Positions 36,467-44,829 of a stretch of DNA of 64,000 nucleotides are shown here, one piece after another. This DNA comes from a virus. The notes under the pieces are model-generated. The model was not told the DNA's origin. It made no database searches and worked only from the letters and a program-made list of their open reading frames with translations. The position numbers were made by a program, and so were the translations under genes. The number at the start of each line of letters is the position of its first letter. Position 1 is the stretch's first letter. The stretch is from the IMG/VR virus record IMGVR_UViG_3300031964_000008; one strand, 5' to 3'.

Positions 36467-36867
36467 AGTTGGAAGTCGGTGACAAGATACATTGGCTAGG
36501 CGGCGACCGATCTGGATTAAAATCGAGGCCGACTAAAGATGGTACCATCATTAGTATAAATCCTGGTGCTAGACGCCCAATGGAGCCTGAGTGGGTTTAT
36601 GTGGCACCTTGGGTCAAAGCGGGGTTCCCAATCTTGATTTTGGTGCGGGACATCGTAAAGGTCAACGGCAAGGATGTTAGAGCTGAAGCCAAAGTAGAGA
36701 AGGATATGCAAGAACACATGCTGCTTGTCTACGAATTCGCGTCGTCTTACAACCGTGACTCACTACGCGACCCAGACGCATACGCAAAAATACACGCCGC
36801 ACTCAAACAGCGGATGCGTGAGCTTTTCCGCAAAGCCAATGCCAACAAAGAAGGGAGCGCCACATGA
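36463..36867 (+). CDS. hypothetical protein (SH3-like N-terminus)
   Basis: LEVGDKI start; ATGA overlap, AGGAG SD. Confidence 0.7.
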   Translation: MKLEVGDKIHWLGGDRSGLKSRPTKDGTIISINPGARRPMEPEWVYVAPWVKAGFPILILVRDIVKVNGKDVRAEAKVEKDMQEHMLLVYEFASSYNRDSLRDPDAYAKIHAALKQRMRELFRKANANKEGSAT

Positions 36868-37307
36868 GCTACATGAATACTGAAGTCCCCGCATCTGGGC
36901 CTAATTTTGATCTTCTGCGTGAAGCCTTTAAAGTTATTGAGGATTCACCTGAAGAGGAAATCAACCTAGATAAATGGGTGTGCGGCACCCAGTTCTGTGC
37001 CGGAGGTAAGCTAACCACGGTTAAGAAATTCCAAGACCTAGGTCTTGGACTCACACCTCTATATGGTGATCGGAGATACCCACCAGATTGGTTGTATCTG
37101 TCTGTGGATGGTAATAACTTTCTGGGATTTAAGGCCCTGTCTAACCTATTCGGTATACCCTATCCCGACGCAGAATTTCTATTCGATAGCGTTATCGATA
37201 ATTACCATGACGAACCACGCAGTGTAGACTGGGAGAAATGTACTGACCGTCAAATCTTCCTGTCCCGTATGCGTGTATACTTTATCAGAGAAGGCCAAAC
37301 TCTTTAA
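36864..37307 (+). CDS. NFDLLR..CGT..CA.G..DRQIFL.R family, paralog 1
   Basis: Similar to 37316 and 48143. Confidence 0.85.
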   Translation: MSYMNTEVPASGPNFDLLREAFKVIEDSPEEEINLDKWVCGTQFCAGGKLTTVKKFQDLGLGLTPLYGDRRYPPDWLYLSVDGNNFLGFKALSNLFGIPYPDAEFLFDSVIDNYHDEPRSVDWEKCTDRQIFLSRMRVYFIREGQTL

Positions 37308-37315
37308 GGACTCAA

Positions 37316-37777
37316 ATGGACTCAGTCTTGAAAGACCAGGGGATCCCAAACTTCGATCTGCTGCGTGCTGCTTACGAAGTGATAAAAGATTCTCCTGACG
37401 AGGAAATCAACCTGGATACCTGGGTGTGCGGAACGCAGTTCTGTGCTGCTGGCAAGTTAACACAGGCAAAGAAATTCAGAGACCTTGGATTACGTCTAGA
37501 ACGTGATAGGCGTTTTTTTGACGACGACCTGACGTACTTCCACCTAGTGTTTAGAACATCAGAAGATGCGGACCCGAGTTATAGTTTTAACGCGCTGTCG
37601 AAATTATTTAATTTTCCTAGGACTTGTTATGACCTTATTGCTAGGGAACTTTTTGACTCAGTAAAAACTAACGAACAAATTGAGGACTATGTAGATTGGT
37701 CTGCCTGTACCGACCGTCAAATATTTTTATCGCGCATGCGTCTATTCTTTACTAAACACAATCAAGTTTTGGTCTAA
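37316..37777 (+). CDS. NFDLLR..CGT..CA.G..DRQIFL.R family, paralog 2
   Basis: Tandem duplicate of 36864. Confidence 0.85.
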   Translation: MDSVLKDQGIPNFDLLRAAYEVIKDSPDEEINLDTWVCGTQFCAAGKLTQAKKFRDLGLRLERDRRFFDDDLTYFHLVFRTSEDADPSYSFNALSKLFNFPRTCYDLIARELFDSVKTNEQIEDYVDWSACTDRQIFLSRMRLFFTKHNQVLV

Positions 37778-37781
37778 GACT

Positions 37782-38102
37782 ATGAACCATAATCCACAAA
37801 TAGTAGCTCTGATTTTTGCTGTGCTTGCCCTAACCCTGAGCTTATTCTCCATATCTTATTCTTGGTTTCGTTGGTATCGAAAAGATTATGTGACTCGCTA
37901 TCTACTCAAGTCAGAGTTGAAACGAATGCAGGTCTTGACCGAAGCCTTCAACAAGGTTTATATTAAGACTTCATCAGCGGCTGATGATGAGGATTGGTTA
38001 GAGGCTGCATTGATTGCCCGACAAATAGTTAAGGCTCTAGGCACCAATGATTTAATAGACGACTCATCATTTTATCAAGTCTACTCAAAAAACATTTCCT
38101 GA
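37782..38102 (+). CDS. membrane-anchored hypothetical protein
   Basis: N-terminal hydrophobic helix. Confidence 0.65.
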   Translation: MNHNPQIVALIFAVLALTLSLFSISYSWFRWYRKDYVTRYLLKSELKRMQVLTEAFNKVYIKTSSAADDEDWLEAALIARQIVKALGTNDLIDDSSFYQVYSKNIS

Positions 38103-38104
38103 TA

Positions 38105-38335
38105 TTGAACAGACAAGCTATGAAAATTCGCATAATTAACCATGGACGTTCGTTCGAAATTGATCCTTATGAAAAATGTGGGTCACCCTCGGTAGGTCGG
38201 GGTCGAACTATGAAAGAAGCGTTAGGCGATTTTCTGATCAGTTATCAGAAAGAGCTGGGGCTTGAAATTGATCTAGATGAAGCAGCACAGAAAACAGAAA
38301 GAAATCGCCGTCGGCGGGAACTAGCTAAACGCTAA
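38105..38335 (+). CDS. hypothetical protein
   Basis: ORF in operon; alternative ATG at 38120. Confidence 0.6.
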   Translation: MNRQAMKIRIINHGRSFEIDPYEKCGSPSVGRGRTMKEALGDFLISYQKELGLEIDLDEAAQKTERNRRRRELAKR

Positions 38336-38346
38336 AGGTAAATAAC

Positions 38347-38571
38347 ATGACTGATCGTTATCATTCTCTTACAGTTGTGCTGGACAAAGACCTACGCGAG
38401 GACGACGCAGAAGTTATAATCTCTGCGATAAAGTGCTTGCGTAGTGTCGTCAGTGTTACCGGCAATGTTAGTGTTGCCGACTACGACCTTCACGTGGCAC
38501 AAGTGCGCGCACGTATGGACATCATCGATAAGTTGAACGAGGCACTATACCCGAAGAACCAAACGAAATGA
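38347..38571 (+). CDS. hypothetical protein
   Basis: MTDRYHSLTVVLDKDLREDDAE..I.AI pattern; AAGG SD. Confidence 0.75.
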   Translation: MTDRYHSLTVVLDKDLREDDAEVIISAIKCLRSVVSVTGNVSVADYDLHVAQVRARMDIIDKLNEALYPKNQTK

Positions 38572-38945
38572 AATACTCCTACAACGAAGTCGAGCTTCGC
38601 GTAGTTGCCTTAAAGCTTAAGGGGCAGGTGACTGCGTACCCTTACGGGTCAGTTCAGGACATTGAGCAGCTGATTCTGAAAGACATGCGGGAAATCATAG
38701 ATGAGAATTACGACGCACTCTCAGAAGGACGTGCTTCGTTCAACATGATGGTCGGTGGTTATTACATTGCGGTCAATAGTTACCCAGCTGACAAGCATAG
38801 ACCAGAGCATGAAGTATGCGTTACGTTCTTGTTGAGTCCTACGCACTTTTTCATAAAGGAGGCTGAAGCACTGTATGGTACAGAGTTAGAAATTTACAGA
38901 GTCATAAATGTTGTTGACGATGACGACGAGGACTACTTACGCTGA
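38568..38945 (+). CDS. hypothetical protein
   Basis: ATGA overlap. Confidence 0.7.
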   Translation: MKYSYNEVELRVVALKLKGQVTAYPYGSVQDIEQLILKDMREIIDENYDALSEGRASFNMMVGGYYIAVNSYPADKHRPEHEVCVTFLLSPTHFFIKEAEALYGTELEIYRVINVVDDDDEDYLR

Positions 38946-39579
38946 AAGCCTGGACTGACTATCCGATAACCCAATTGGGTGACCGCCCGCACGCAGAGGC
39001 ACCCGTGCGCGAAGTCGAGATCATAAGCTACGACCGTAACAAGTATTGCCAAGTATTAGTTGGCGGTGTTATCGAATCGATAAAGCGTGGGTATATATAT
39101 ACCGCAAGCCCGGTCGCTATGGCGAGGTACGCATTGTGGACAGGCGTCGGCTCAGGGACTACCGTGGTAGACACATATGGAAGCTTGAACGCGCTTGGGG
39201 TCACCAGACGAGCTATCATATCTACTCGTATGATCCGCAACAATCGTACCCAGATTTTGAATCTATTTCTGCAGTTAAGGCCTATATAGTTAAGCATCAG
39301 ATCACCGAGGGGGAAGTCTGGAAAGACCATAGCACGTATGGCCATGGCACTTCACGTTTTGACCACGATTTTTGGCGATCCATCAACGACCCCGGTTACA
39401 AACGGCTGGAACCCAATCAGGTGTGCGCCATGTGGGAAGGGCTGGATCCACGCGCTATCGTAGACAGCGGACGGCCGTACAAAGAGTGGGAACCAATGTT
39501 GCGGCAGGCCTTCGCCCGTGCGATTGAGGACCACGTATTGCAGGAACTAACCAATAATGCAACTCAACCTAAAACATAG
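38942..39579 (+). pseudogene. gene split by a 2-nt frameshift in a (TA)5 tract, probable CTG start
   Basis: Frame A: (M)KAWTDYPITQLGD...IKRGYIY; frame B: YIYRKPGRYGEV...; deleting one TA at 39092-39101 gives a 211-aa ORF. Confidence 0.7.
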
Positions 39580-40021
39580 GGCAGTACTCGGGGCCTTCAC
39601 CTTCTACACTAGATGGACCACCTTCAAGGACTTGAGAGGGCTGCAAGCTCGTCACATTCACAAGCTAAGCCCACGGACGTTCGACAACTTGTGGCGTGTG
39701 GGCTATGTAGCACTTGGTATATCCAATACGTGTAAGGCGCTGGTAAAGGCGGGTCTCATGGTGCGCGTCGGTGAAGTCTATAGGCCATGGACCTCACCTA
39801 GAGGAGTGGACTGCGCGTATAAAAGCCCGGTCTTTGCCCCCACTGACTACGGACTGATGCTCATGTTAAATGAGCTGGATCTCGCGTGCCTGCCACTAGA
39901 GAAAGACCTACAAATCTTACGCCTCGACATTAGGAAATCTGAATCTGATAGTTACCACCCACGTTTCGCCATGCATGCACCACGTACCTGGGATATTGAC
40001 TTCCGCCAGCATATTCTATGA
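39557..40021 (+). CDS. hypothetical protein
   Basis: CAGGA SD; 154 aa. Confidence 0.65.
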   Translation: MQLNLKHRAVLGAFTFYTRWTTFKDLRGLQARHIHKLSPRTFDNLWRVGYVALGISNTCKALVKAGLMVRVGEVYRPWTSPRGVDCAYKSPVFAPTDYGLMLMLNELDLACLPLEKDLQILRLDIRKSESDSYHPRFAMHAPRTWDIDFRQHIL

Positions 40022-40095
40022 TATTCTATGGGACCCAACGGAAGCCGATCATTTAAAACTCAGTAGAAATCGTAGACGTCTATTAGGAAATTGAT

Positions 40096-40689
40096 ATGAA
40101 CATCACTGATGCACTTGCAATTCTATGCGCTCCTAACATCAAGCTTGGTCCGGAGCTAGTGGCTGAAGCTAAGCTTACGGTCAACAACCACGTTGTTTCA
40201 AACTTTCTGACACTATCCAAGCCGGATCCCGATCGAACGGCGAACGACAGTGCAGAAGAAGCAGCGAGAGAACTTGAAGACGCATTTAGAGAGCTGGACG
40301 AGATGGGCAGCGAGAAGCCCGATGCGTATATCCATACGATCACTTGGCACGATACTACGATTCGCTGGGTGTCGAAGTGTGATACAGTACCAGCTAAGTA
40401 TAGGCCGTATTTAAGTCCCCGTGATGCCGTTCATACGGCAGAGGCCTTAGTTAAACGTGTAGACTCCAGTGTGTCTTCCCACCAACCACTAAAGAAGGTT
40501 GGTGGGACGAGCAGGGACGCAGTTTCCCGCCTACGTGCCTTCGTCAAAGCCTACAAAGCTGCACCCGGTTGGTATACTTCGCCCAATCCTACGCTGTACA
40601 CCGTCAATAGTGAAAAGGAAGGTCGTCACTCAATTTTATTCGCTGACCTTGAACGGGTTCTTTCCCGTTTCATTCCCTTTGAGGAGTAG
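40096..40689 (+). CDS. hypothetical protein
   Basis: AGGA SD; 197 aa. Confidence 0.7.
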   Translation: MNITDALAILCAPNIKLGPELVAEAKLTVNNHVVSNFLTLSKPDPDRTANDSAEEAARELEDAFRELDEMGSEKPDAYIHTITWHDTTIRWVSKCDTVPAKYRPYLSPRDAVHTAEALVKRVDSSVSSHQPLKKVGGTSRDAVSRLRAFVKAYKAAPGWYTSPNPTLYTVNSEKEGRHSILFADLERVLSRFIPFEE

Positions 40690-40691
40690 TC

Positions 40692-41042
40692 ATGGGACTC
40701 TCACCGCTAAAGAGTTGCTCGTCGTCTCCTTACGCTGCACCCAACAGCAATCCAAGTCCATCGAATTTCAAGATCATCAATTCGCGAACATTCCCAGGCC
40801 TGGACCAAGACGTGTTGGTTCTTCAAGTTCACTACCCCGATGCCAAAAACTATGAAGGGATGAAGACCTTGGTTTATCTTGGTTACTCCTCGGTGGCTGA
40901 ACTTCTGGACCAAGCACAAAACAAATTAGACCCGCACTTCGCGTCCTCCGGGGTTAGTCCAATTGCTCGTTTCCAACCCACTACTAGCGGTTGGTCGAAC
41001 GCCTGCAAATTCGCGAAGATGTTAGTTTCGGCTCAAATCTGA
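40692..41042 (+). CDS. SNP.P.NFKI...DPHF..ARF.PT..GW family protein, paralog 2
   Basis: Full-length similarity to 32600; GAGGAG SD. Confidence 0.8.
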   Translation: MGLSPLKSCSSSPYAAPNSNPSPSNFKIINSRTFPGLDQDVLVLQVHYPDAKNYEGMKTLVYLGYSSVAELLDQAQNKLDPHFASSGVSPIARFQPTTSGWSNACKFAKMLVSAQI

Positions 41043-41050
41043 GGACTACT

Positions 41051-41368
41051 ATGTCAATCGCGGATGACCTATGCAACGGAGTTCGTTCCCAAGCCGCGCT
41101 GGCCGAGCATTTCAAGAATTTGTGGATGCAGGCCAACATCGAGCTTGAAAGCGAGAAAGCTCGCACGGCTGAATTACTGAAGTTGGTGCCTAAGGAAAAA
41201 CTGGGACAACTCAAGCAGTTAATTTATTCAAGCCTGCATATCACAGTGATTATGACCGTCATCCAACTAAAAACGTTCGTTCAATGTCAGACAAACAATT
41301 GTGGTTACATCGTGTGCGCACATTCCTGTCGGAGTACGAGACAACACCCTAAGGATTTTCGTCATTAA
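41051..41368 (+). CDS. coiled-coil paralog of 22691 with a probably adventitious C-terminal read-through
   Basis: AEHFKNLWMQA shared; the tail overlaps an out-of-frame remnant. Confidence 0.65.
   Translation: MSIADDLCNGVRSQAALAEHFKNLWMQANIELESEKARTAELLKLVPKEKLGQLKQLIYSSLHITVIMTVIQLKTFVQCQTNNCGYIVCAHSCRSTRQHPKDFRH
41194..41352 (+). pseudogene. start-less 3' remnant of a fourth NFDLLR/DRQ-family gene
   Basis: QAVNLFKPAY...SMSDKQLWLHRVRTFLSEY* matches the family C-terminus LSDRQVWLNRVEHFF. Confidence 0.65.
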
Positions 41369-41445
41369 AACGGCGGAGTAAATACAAATTGAATCAAACT
41401 GAACACAGAGAGTGTTCTTTTATTAACTGCAAAGGAGATTTGCAA

Positions 41446-42564
41446 ATGTCAAACATCTATGAGTATGAATTCGATATGCTTGTGTTCATTGGTCGATTTC
41501 GCCCCTTACATAATGGCCACAAGCATGTTATTGATGAAGCATTAAAGAAAGCGCGTCATGTACTGGTCTTGACGGGTTCAGCCAACCGCCCTCGTACCCG
41601 AAAGAATCCCTGGACGGCAGTTGAAGTCGAAGAGATGCTATGGCGCACGTACAAGCAGGAAATCAGAGACAGTCGCATCATCGTTCAGTTCTTAGACGAT
41701 CACATGCATGACCACGATTTCCACTGGTGTATGGATGTCCATAAGAAGGTTGCTTACGTTCAGAACAAACTTGCAGATGATGATTGGCCTATACCTAGGA
41801 CTATAGGACTGATTGGTTTCTCTAAGGACCATACCTCGTACTATCTGAAGAAATTCCCGCAGTGGGGTTCAGTCAACGTGCATGGTTACAAGGTACAACA
41901 GTTGGGTATGCCCGGCTTAGGTGTGACTCTAAATGCAACGGATCTACGCGATTCCATTCTGGCCGGTACGTGGAACTATTCACGGCAGCACGTACCTGAA
42001 CCCGTGGCGGAGTATCTTGATACTTGGATTCCACGTAACGTTGAGTTTATAGATGGTTTGCGCGATCAGCGTGACTTTGCTGCTCAGTACAAAATTGAGC
42101 ACCAGTATGCGGGCAACAAACCCTATCGTCCTATAATGACGACTACTGATTCAGTGTTCATTCAGTCATCACACGTACTGCTGGGTAAACGCAAATTGAA
42201 TCCTGGTAAAGGACTGTGGGCGCTACCAGGTGGATTTGCACACGATGACGAAGTGTTAGCTGACAGTTCATTGCGTGAATCTCACGAGGAAACACGCATT
42301 AAGTTACCGCGTTCAATGTTGGACCTGTCATTCAGGTTCAAGCACGTGTTCTCTGATCCGAATCGGTCAGATGACCGGGGACGCATCATCACGCATGCGT
42401 ATCTGTATCTACTGAACGACAATACTTCTTTACCTCTCGTAGAGGCAAACGATGATTTCGAAGAGGTCAAGTGGGTACCGCTCGGGCTACTTCAAGCGCA
42501 TGAGCTATACTCGGATCACTTCTGGATCATCCATAAGATGATTAACTTGATTCCGTGTGATTAA
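41446..42564 (+). CDS. nadM: bifunctional NMN adenylyltransferase / Nudix ADP-ribose pyrophosphatase (NadM-Nudix, NatV-like)
   Basis: IGRFRPLHNGH (HxGH), LNATDLR, KG.WALPGGF...LRESHEET, DPNRS..GRIITHAY, DHFWII. Confidence 0.95.
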   Translation: MSNIYEYEFDMLVFIGRFRPLHNGHKHVIDEALKKARHVLVLTGSANRPRTRKNPWTAVEVEEMLWRTYKQEIRDSRIIVQFLDDHMHDHDFHWCMDVHKKVAYVQNKLADDDWPIPRTIGLIGFSKDHTSYYLKKFPQWGSVNVHGYKVQQLGMPGLGVTLNATDLRDSILAGTWNYSRQHVPEPVAEYLDTWIPRNVEFIDGLRDQRDFAAQYKIEHQYAGNKPYRPIMTTTDSVFIQSSHVLLGKRKLNPGKGLWALPGGFAHDDEVLADSSLRESHEETRIKLPRSMLDLSFRFKHVFSDPNRSDDRGRIITHAYLYLLNDNTSLPLVEANDDFEEVKWVPLGLLQAHELYSDHFWIIHKMINLIPCD

Positions 42565-42646
42565 TAATTCCGTGTTCGGTCGTTTATACTAGACCAAACC
42601 CTAGGCAGAGAGCCTGGGTCTTTAAAAACTGCAAAGGAGATTTGCC

Positions 42647-44038
42647 ATGACTTACGGATTTGCTTTAGGGTCGGACAGCTACAAGTATTCGCATGGACCG
42701 CAGCTGCCCGACGATTTGAAATACGCCAGTAACTATGGTTCAGCTCGTAGTCTGAACATGTACAAGCAGGTACTGTGGTTTGGTCTCCAAAGTTGGAAGC
42801 GGAAGCTGATGAAGAATCCGCTGACAATGGAAAGTGTGGAGTACGCAAACCGTCGTATTGTCGAGCACTGCGGCATCTTTCCATACGAAGAGTTCAAGCG
42901 TATCGTTGAGGTCCATAACGGACTGCCTCCGGTTCGCATTGAAGCTCTTCCCGAGGGGTTGATTGTTCCGGTCGGTGTCCCGTGTTATCAGGTAGTAAGC
43001 ACGGACCCGTTATTGCCGACTCTTGGTTCGTTTCTTGAGACCGAGATTCTGCGTGCTGCATGGTATCAGTCTTCGGTCGCTACACTGAGCTGGCATATCA
43101 AACAGGACTTGCGTAAGTGGTTAGAGCAAACGTGCGATAATCCCGAGGAAGAGCTTGCATTTCGCTTGCATGACTTTGGGGGTCGCGGTGCCAGTTCTGA
43201 AGAATCAGCTGCGCTTGGTGGTATGTCGCATTTGATCAACTTTATGGGCACTGATACTGTCCCAGCCTTAGAGGCCGCAACCGAGTTCTACGATGAATGG
43301 ATGGCGGGGTATTCAATTCCTGCCATGGAACATTTCACCGTGACCGCATGGGGTCGTGAAAGGGAAGCCCAAGCTTACGAACGCATGATTGATGTGTATG
43401 GTGGCGAAGGCAAGAAGTACGCGTGTGTTTGCGATGCTTACGATCAACGTAACTCAGTAGATAACATCTGGGGCAAGCAGTTGAAGGATAAGGTCTTGGC
43501 GAAAGGTGGTACCGCCGTCATCCGTCTTGACTCAGGTAAGCCTATCGCAGAAGTTGTTTACGCGGTTAAGTCTATCGCTAACTCTTACGGTTTCCACACC
43601 AATAAGAAGGGTTACGATGTGGTGAACCCTGCAGCACGCATTATCCAGGGTGACGGCGTAAACCGTACATCCATTAACGGTATCTGTCACGCTTTGGAGC
43701 TTAACAAGCTCTCAATCGAGAATAACGGGTACGGTATGGGTGGTGCGCTGTTGCAAGAAGTTATGCGGGATGACTTAGGTTGGGCGCAGAAGGCTTCAGC
43801 GATTTCCGCTGATGGTGAACATTGGACGGGTATCAACAAGAGTCCGATTACTGCACCTGAGAAAGCGTCGCTGAAGGGTCGTCAGATGGTTGTATATGAC
43901 GCTACAGGCAAAATGATTGCTGTCCCGAAAGGCTCGCGTCCTGAGAGTCAGAATCTTCTGCGTGTTGTGTACGAGAATGGTGTATCGTACAACGACCAGA
44001 CCTTTGCGCAAGTCCGGGCAAATAGCAATCTGAAGTAA
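42647..44038 (+). CDS. nadV: nicotinamide phosphoribosyltransferase (NAMPT)
   Basis: DSYKYSH, LHDFGGRG, GTDT, SIPAMEH, VIRLDSG, IIQGDG, GMGGALLQ, KASLKGR. Confidence 0.96.
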   Translation: MTYGFALGSDSYKYSHGPQLPDDLKYASNYGSARSLNMYKQVLWFGLQSWKRKLMKNPLTMESVEYANRRIVEHCGIFPYEEFKRIVEVHNGLPPVRIEALPEGLIVPVGVPCYQVVSTDPLLPTLGSFLETEILRAAWYQSSVATLSWHIKQDLRKWLEQTCDNPEEELAFRLHDFGGRGASSEESAALGGMSHLINFMGTDTVPALEAATEFYDEWMAGYSIPAMEHFTVTAWGREREAQAYERMIDVYGGEGKKYACVCDAYDQRNSVDNIWGKQLKDKVLAKGGTAVIRLDSGKPIAEVVYAVKSIANSYGFHTNKKGYDVVNPAARIIQGDGVNRTSINGICHALELNKLSIENNGYGMGGALLQEVMRDDLGWAQKASAISADGEHWTGINKSPITAPEKASLKGRQMVVYDATGKMIAVPKGSRPESQNLLRVVYENGVSYNDQTFAQVRANSNLK

Positions 44039-44056
44039 TCACACCTATTATAGCAC

Positions 44057-44066
44057 GTAGTAAATA
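44057..44066 (+). promoter_or_regulatory. putative late promoter GTAGTAAATA
   Basis: Motif copy directly followed by a 12-bp hairpin. Confidence 0.5.
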
Positions 44067-44127
44067 AATGGGGATACTACTCACTGCACTGTTGGTATCC
44101 CCATTTCCCTACCAAAAGGAGATTCGC

Positions 44128-44211
44128 ATGCTTGAGACGCTCTCTGCACTAACGGCCCGAAAGCTCATAGCTGATTTACAATCGGCACTTGCTGCAGTGG
44201 TGACAAAATGA
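44128..44211 (+). CDS. 27-aa peptide (not in ORF track)
   Basis: AAAGGAG SD; MLETLSALTARKLIADLQSALAAVVTK*. Confidence 0.55.
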   Translation: MLETLSALTARKLIADLQSALAAVVTK

Positions 44212-44342
44212 CCCCAGACGAAACCCTTGGGTTTGTAATAGCCCTCTTGTTGATCATGGCTTTCGTGCATTTCTGTTACACGACGAATGCCAATGCTAAA
44301 GCTACTCAAGTTCTAGAGACGCATCTTAGACACTATTTATAG
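44208..44342 (+). CDS. 44-aa membrane peptide (not in ORF track)
   Basis: ATGA overlap; LGFVIALLLIMAFVHF. Confidence 0.55.
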   Translation: MTPDETLGFVIALLLIMAFVHFCYTTNANAKATQVLETHLRHYL

Positions 44343-44348
44343 TCGAAC

Positions 44349-44384
44349 TGCTGGAAAACAGCAAATTGCTGGAAAACAGCAAAT
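44349..44384 (+). repeat. exact tandem 18-bp repeat, each unit a TGCTG-GAAAA-CAGCA hairpin
   Basis: TGCTGGAAAACAGCAAAT x2. Confidence 0.9.
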
Positions 44385-44442
44385 ACTCCTAGCAGACTTG
44401 GAAGCTGTTTTGGATAGCTTCACCGAAACTTAAATATAAATG

Positions 44443-44471
44443 TTGGCACCAGCTTCAATCTTTACTATACT
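44443..44471 (+). promoter_or_regulatory. early promoter cassette
   Basis: TTGGCA-N17-TATACT. Confidence 0.75.
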
Positions 44472-44505
44472 GAATTCATTGAAAGTCCTAACGAAAGGGA
44501 AAATC

Positions 44506-44592
44506 ATGATTCATCAAACTTATTACCTCGGGACCGGGCGCAAAAAACGCGATGTATACCACGCTTACTGCTTGACTACAATTGAGGTATAA
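44506..44592 (+). CDS. 28-aa peptide (not in ORF track)
   Basis: AAAGGGA SD directly after the promoter. Confidence 0.45.
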   Translation: MIHQTYYLGTGRKKRDVYHAYCLTTIEV

Positions 44593-44595
44593 CCC

Positions 44596-44829
44596 ATGAA
44601 GTCCAAACTAATTTACTGTCTGTCTGTTCTATTCTTGACGGCCAGCATCTGCGGTGCTCCAATGTACCCGAAGCTCAGTTTAGTTCTAGCCTTTATGTAT
44701 GGCTTGGGTCAAGCCTCTTTAATAGTGATCTTGTGTTATCCTATGTTCAGGATTTGGCTTAAACTCAAACACCGAACACGAGCAAGCAATCAACAACACA
44801 AGCACAAAGGAAACGAGGAACCTGCATGA
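44596..44829 (+). CDS. small two-TM membrane protein
   Basis: GAGG SD; hydrophobic segments. Confidence 0.65.
   Translation: MKSKLIYCLSVLFLTASICGAPMYPKLSLVLAFMYGLGQASLIVILCYPMFRIWLKLKHRTRASNQQHKHKGNEEPA

Noticed and set aside
42561-42884. Alternative + frame ORFs overlapping real genes (also 26863-27054, 33760-34137, 40499-40855, 59949-60176)
   Set aside because: They are out of frame with well-supported genes, have no SD and have implausible composition.
44349-44384. CRISPR-like array
   Set aside because: Only two adjacent 18-bp units with no spacers; no cas genes in the window.
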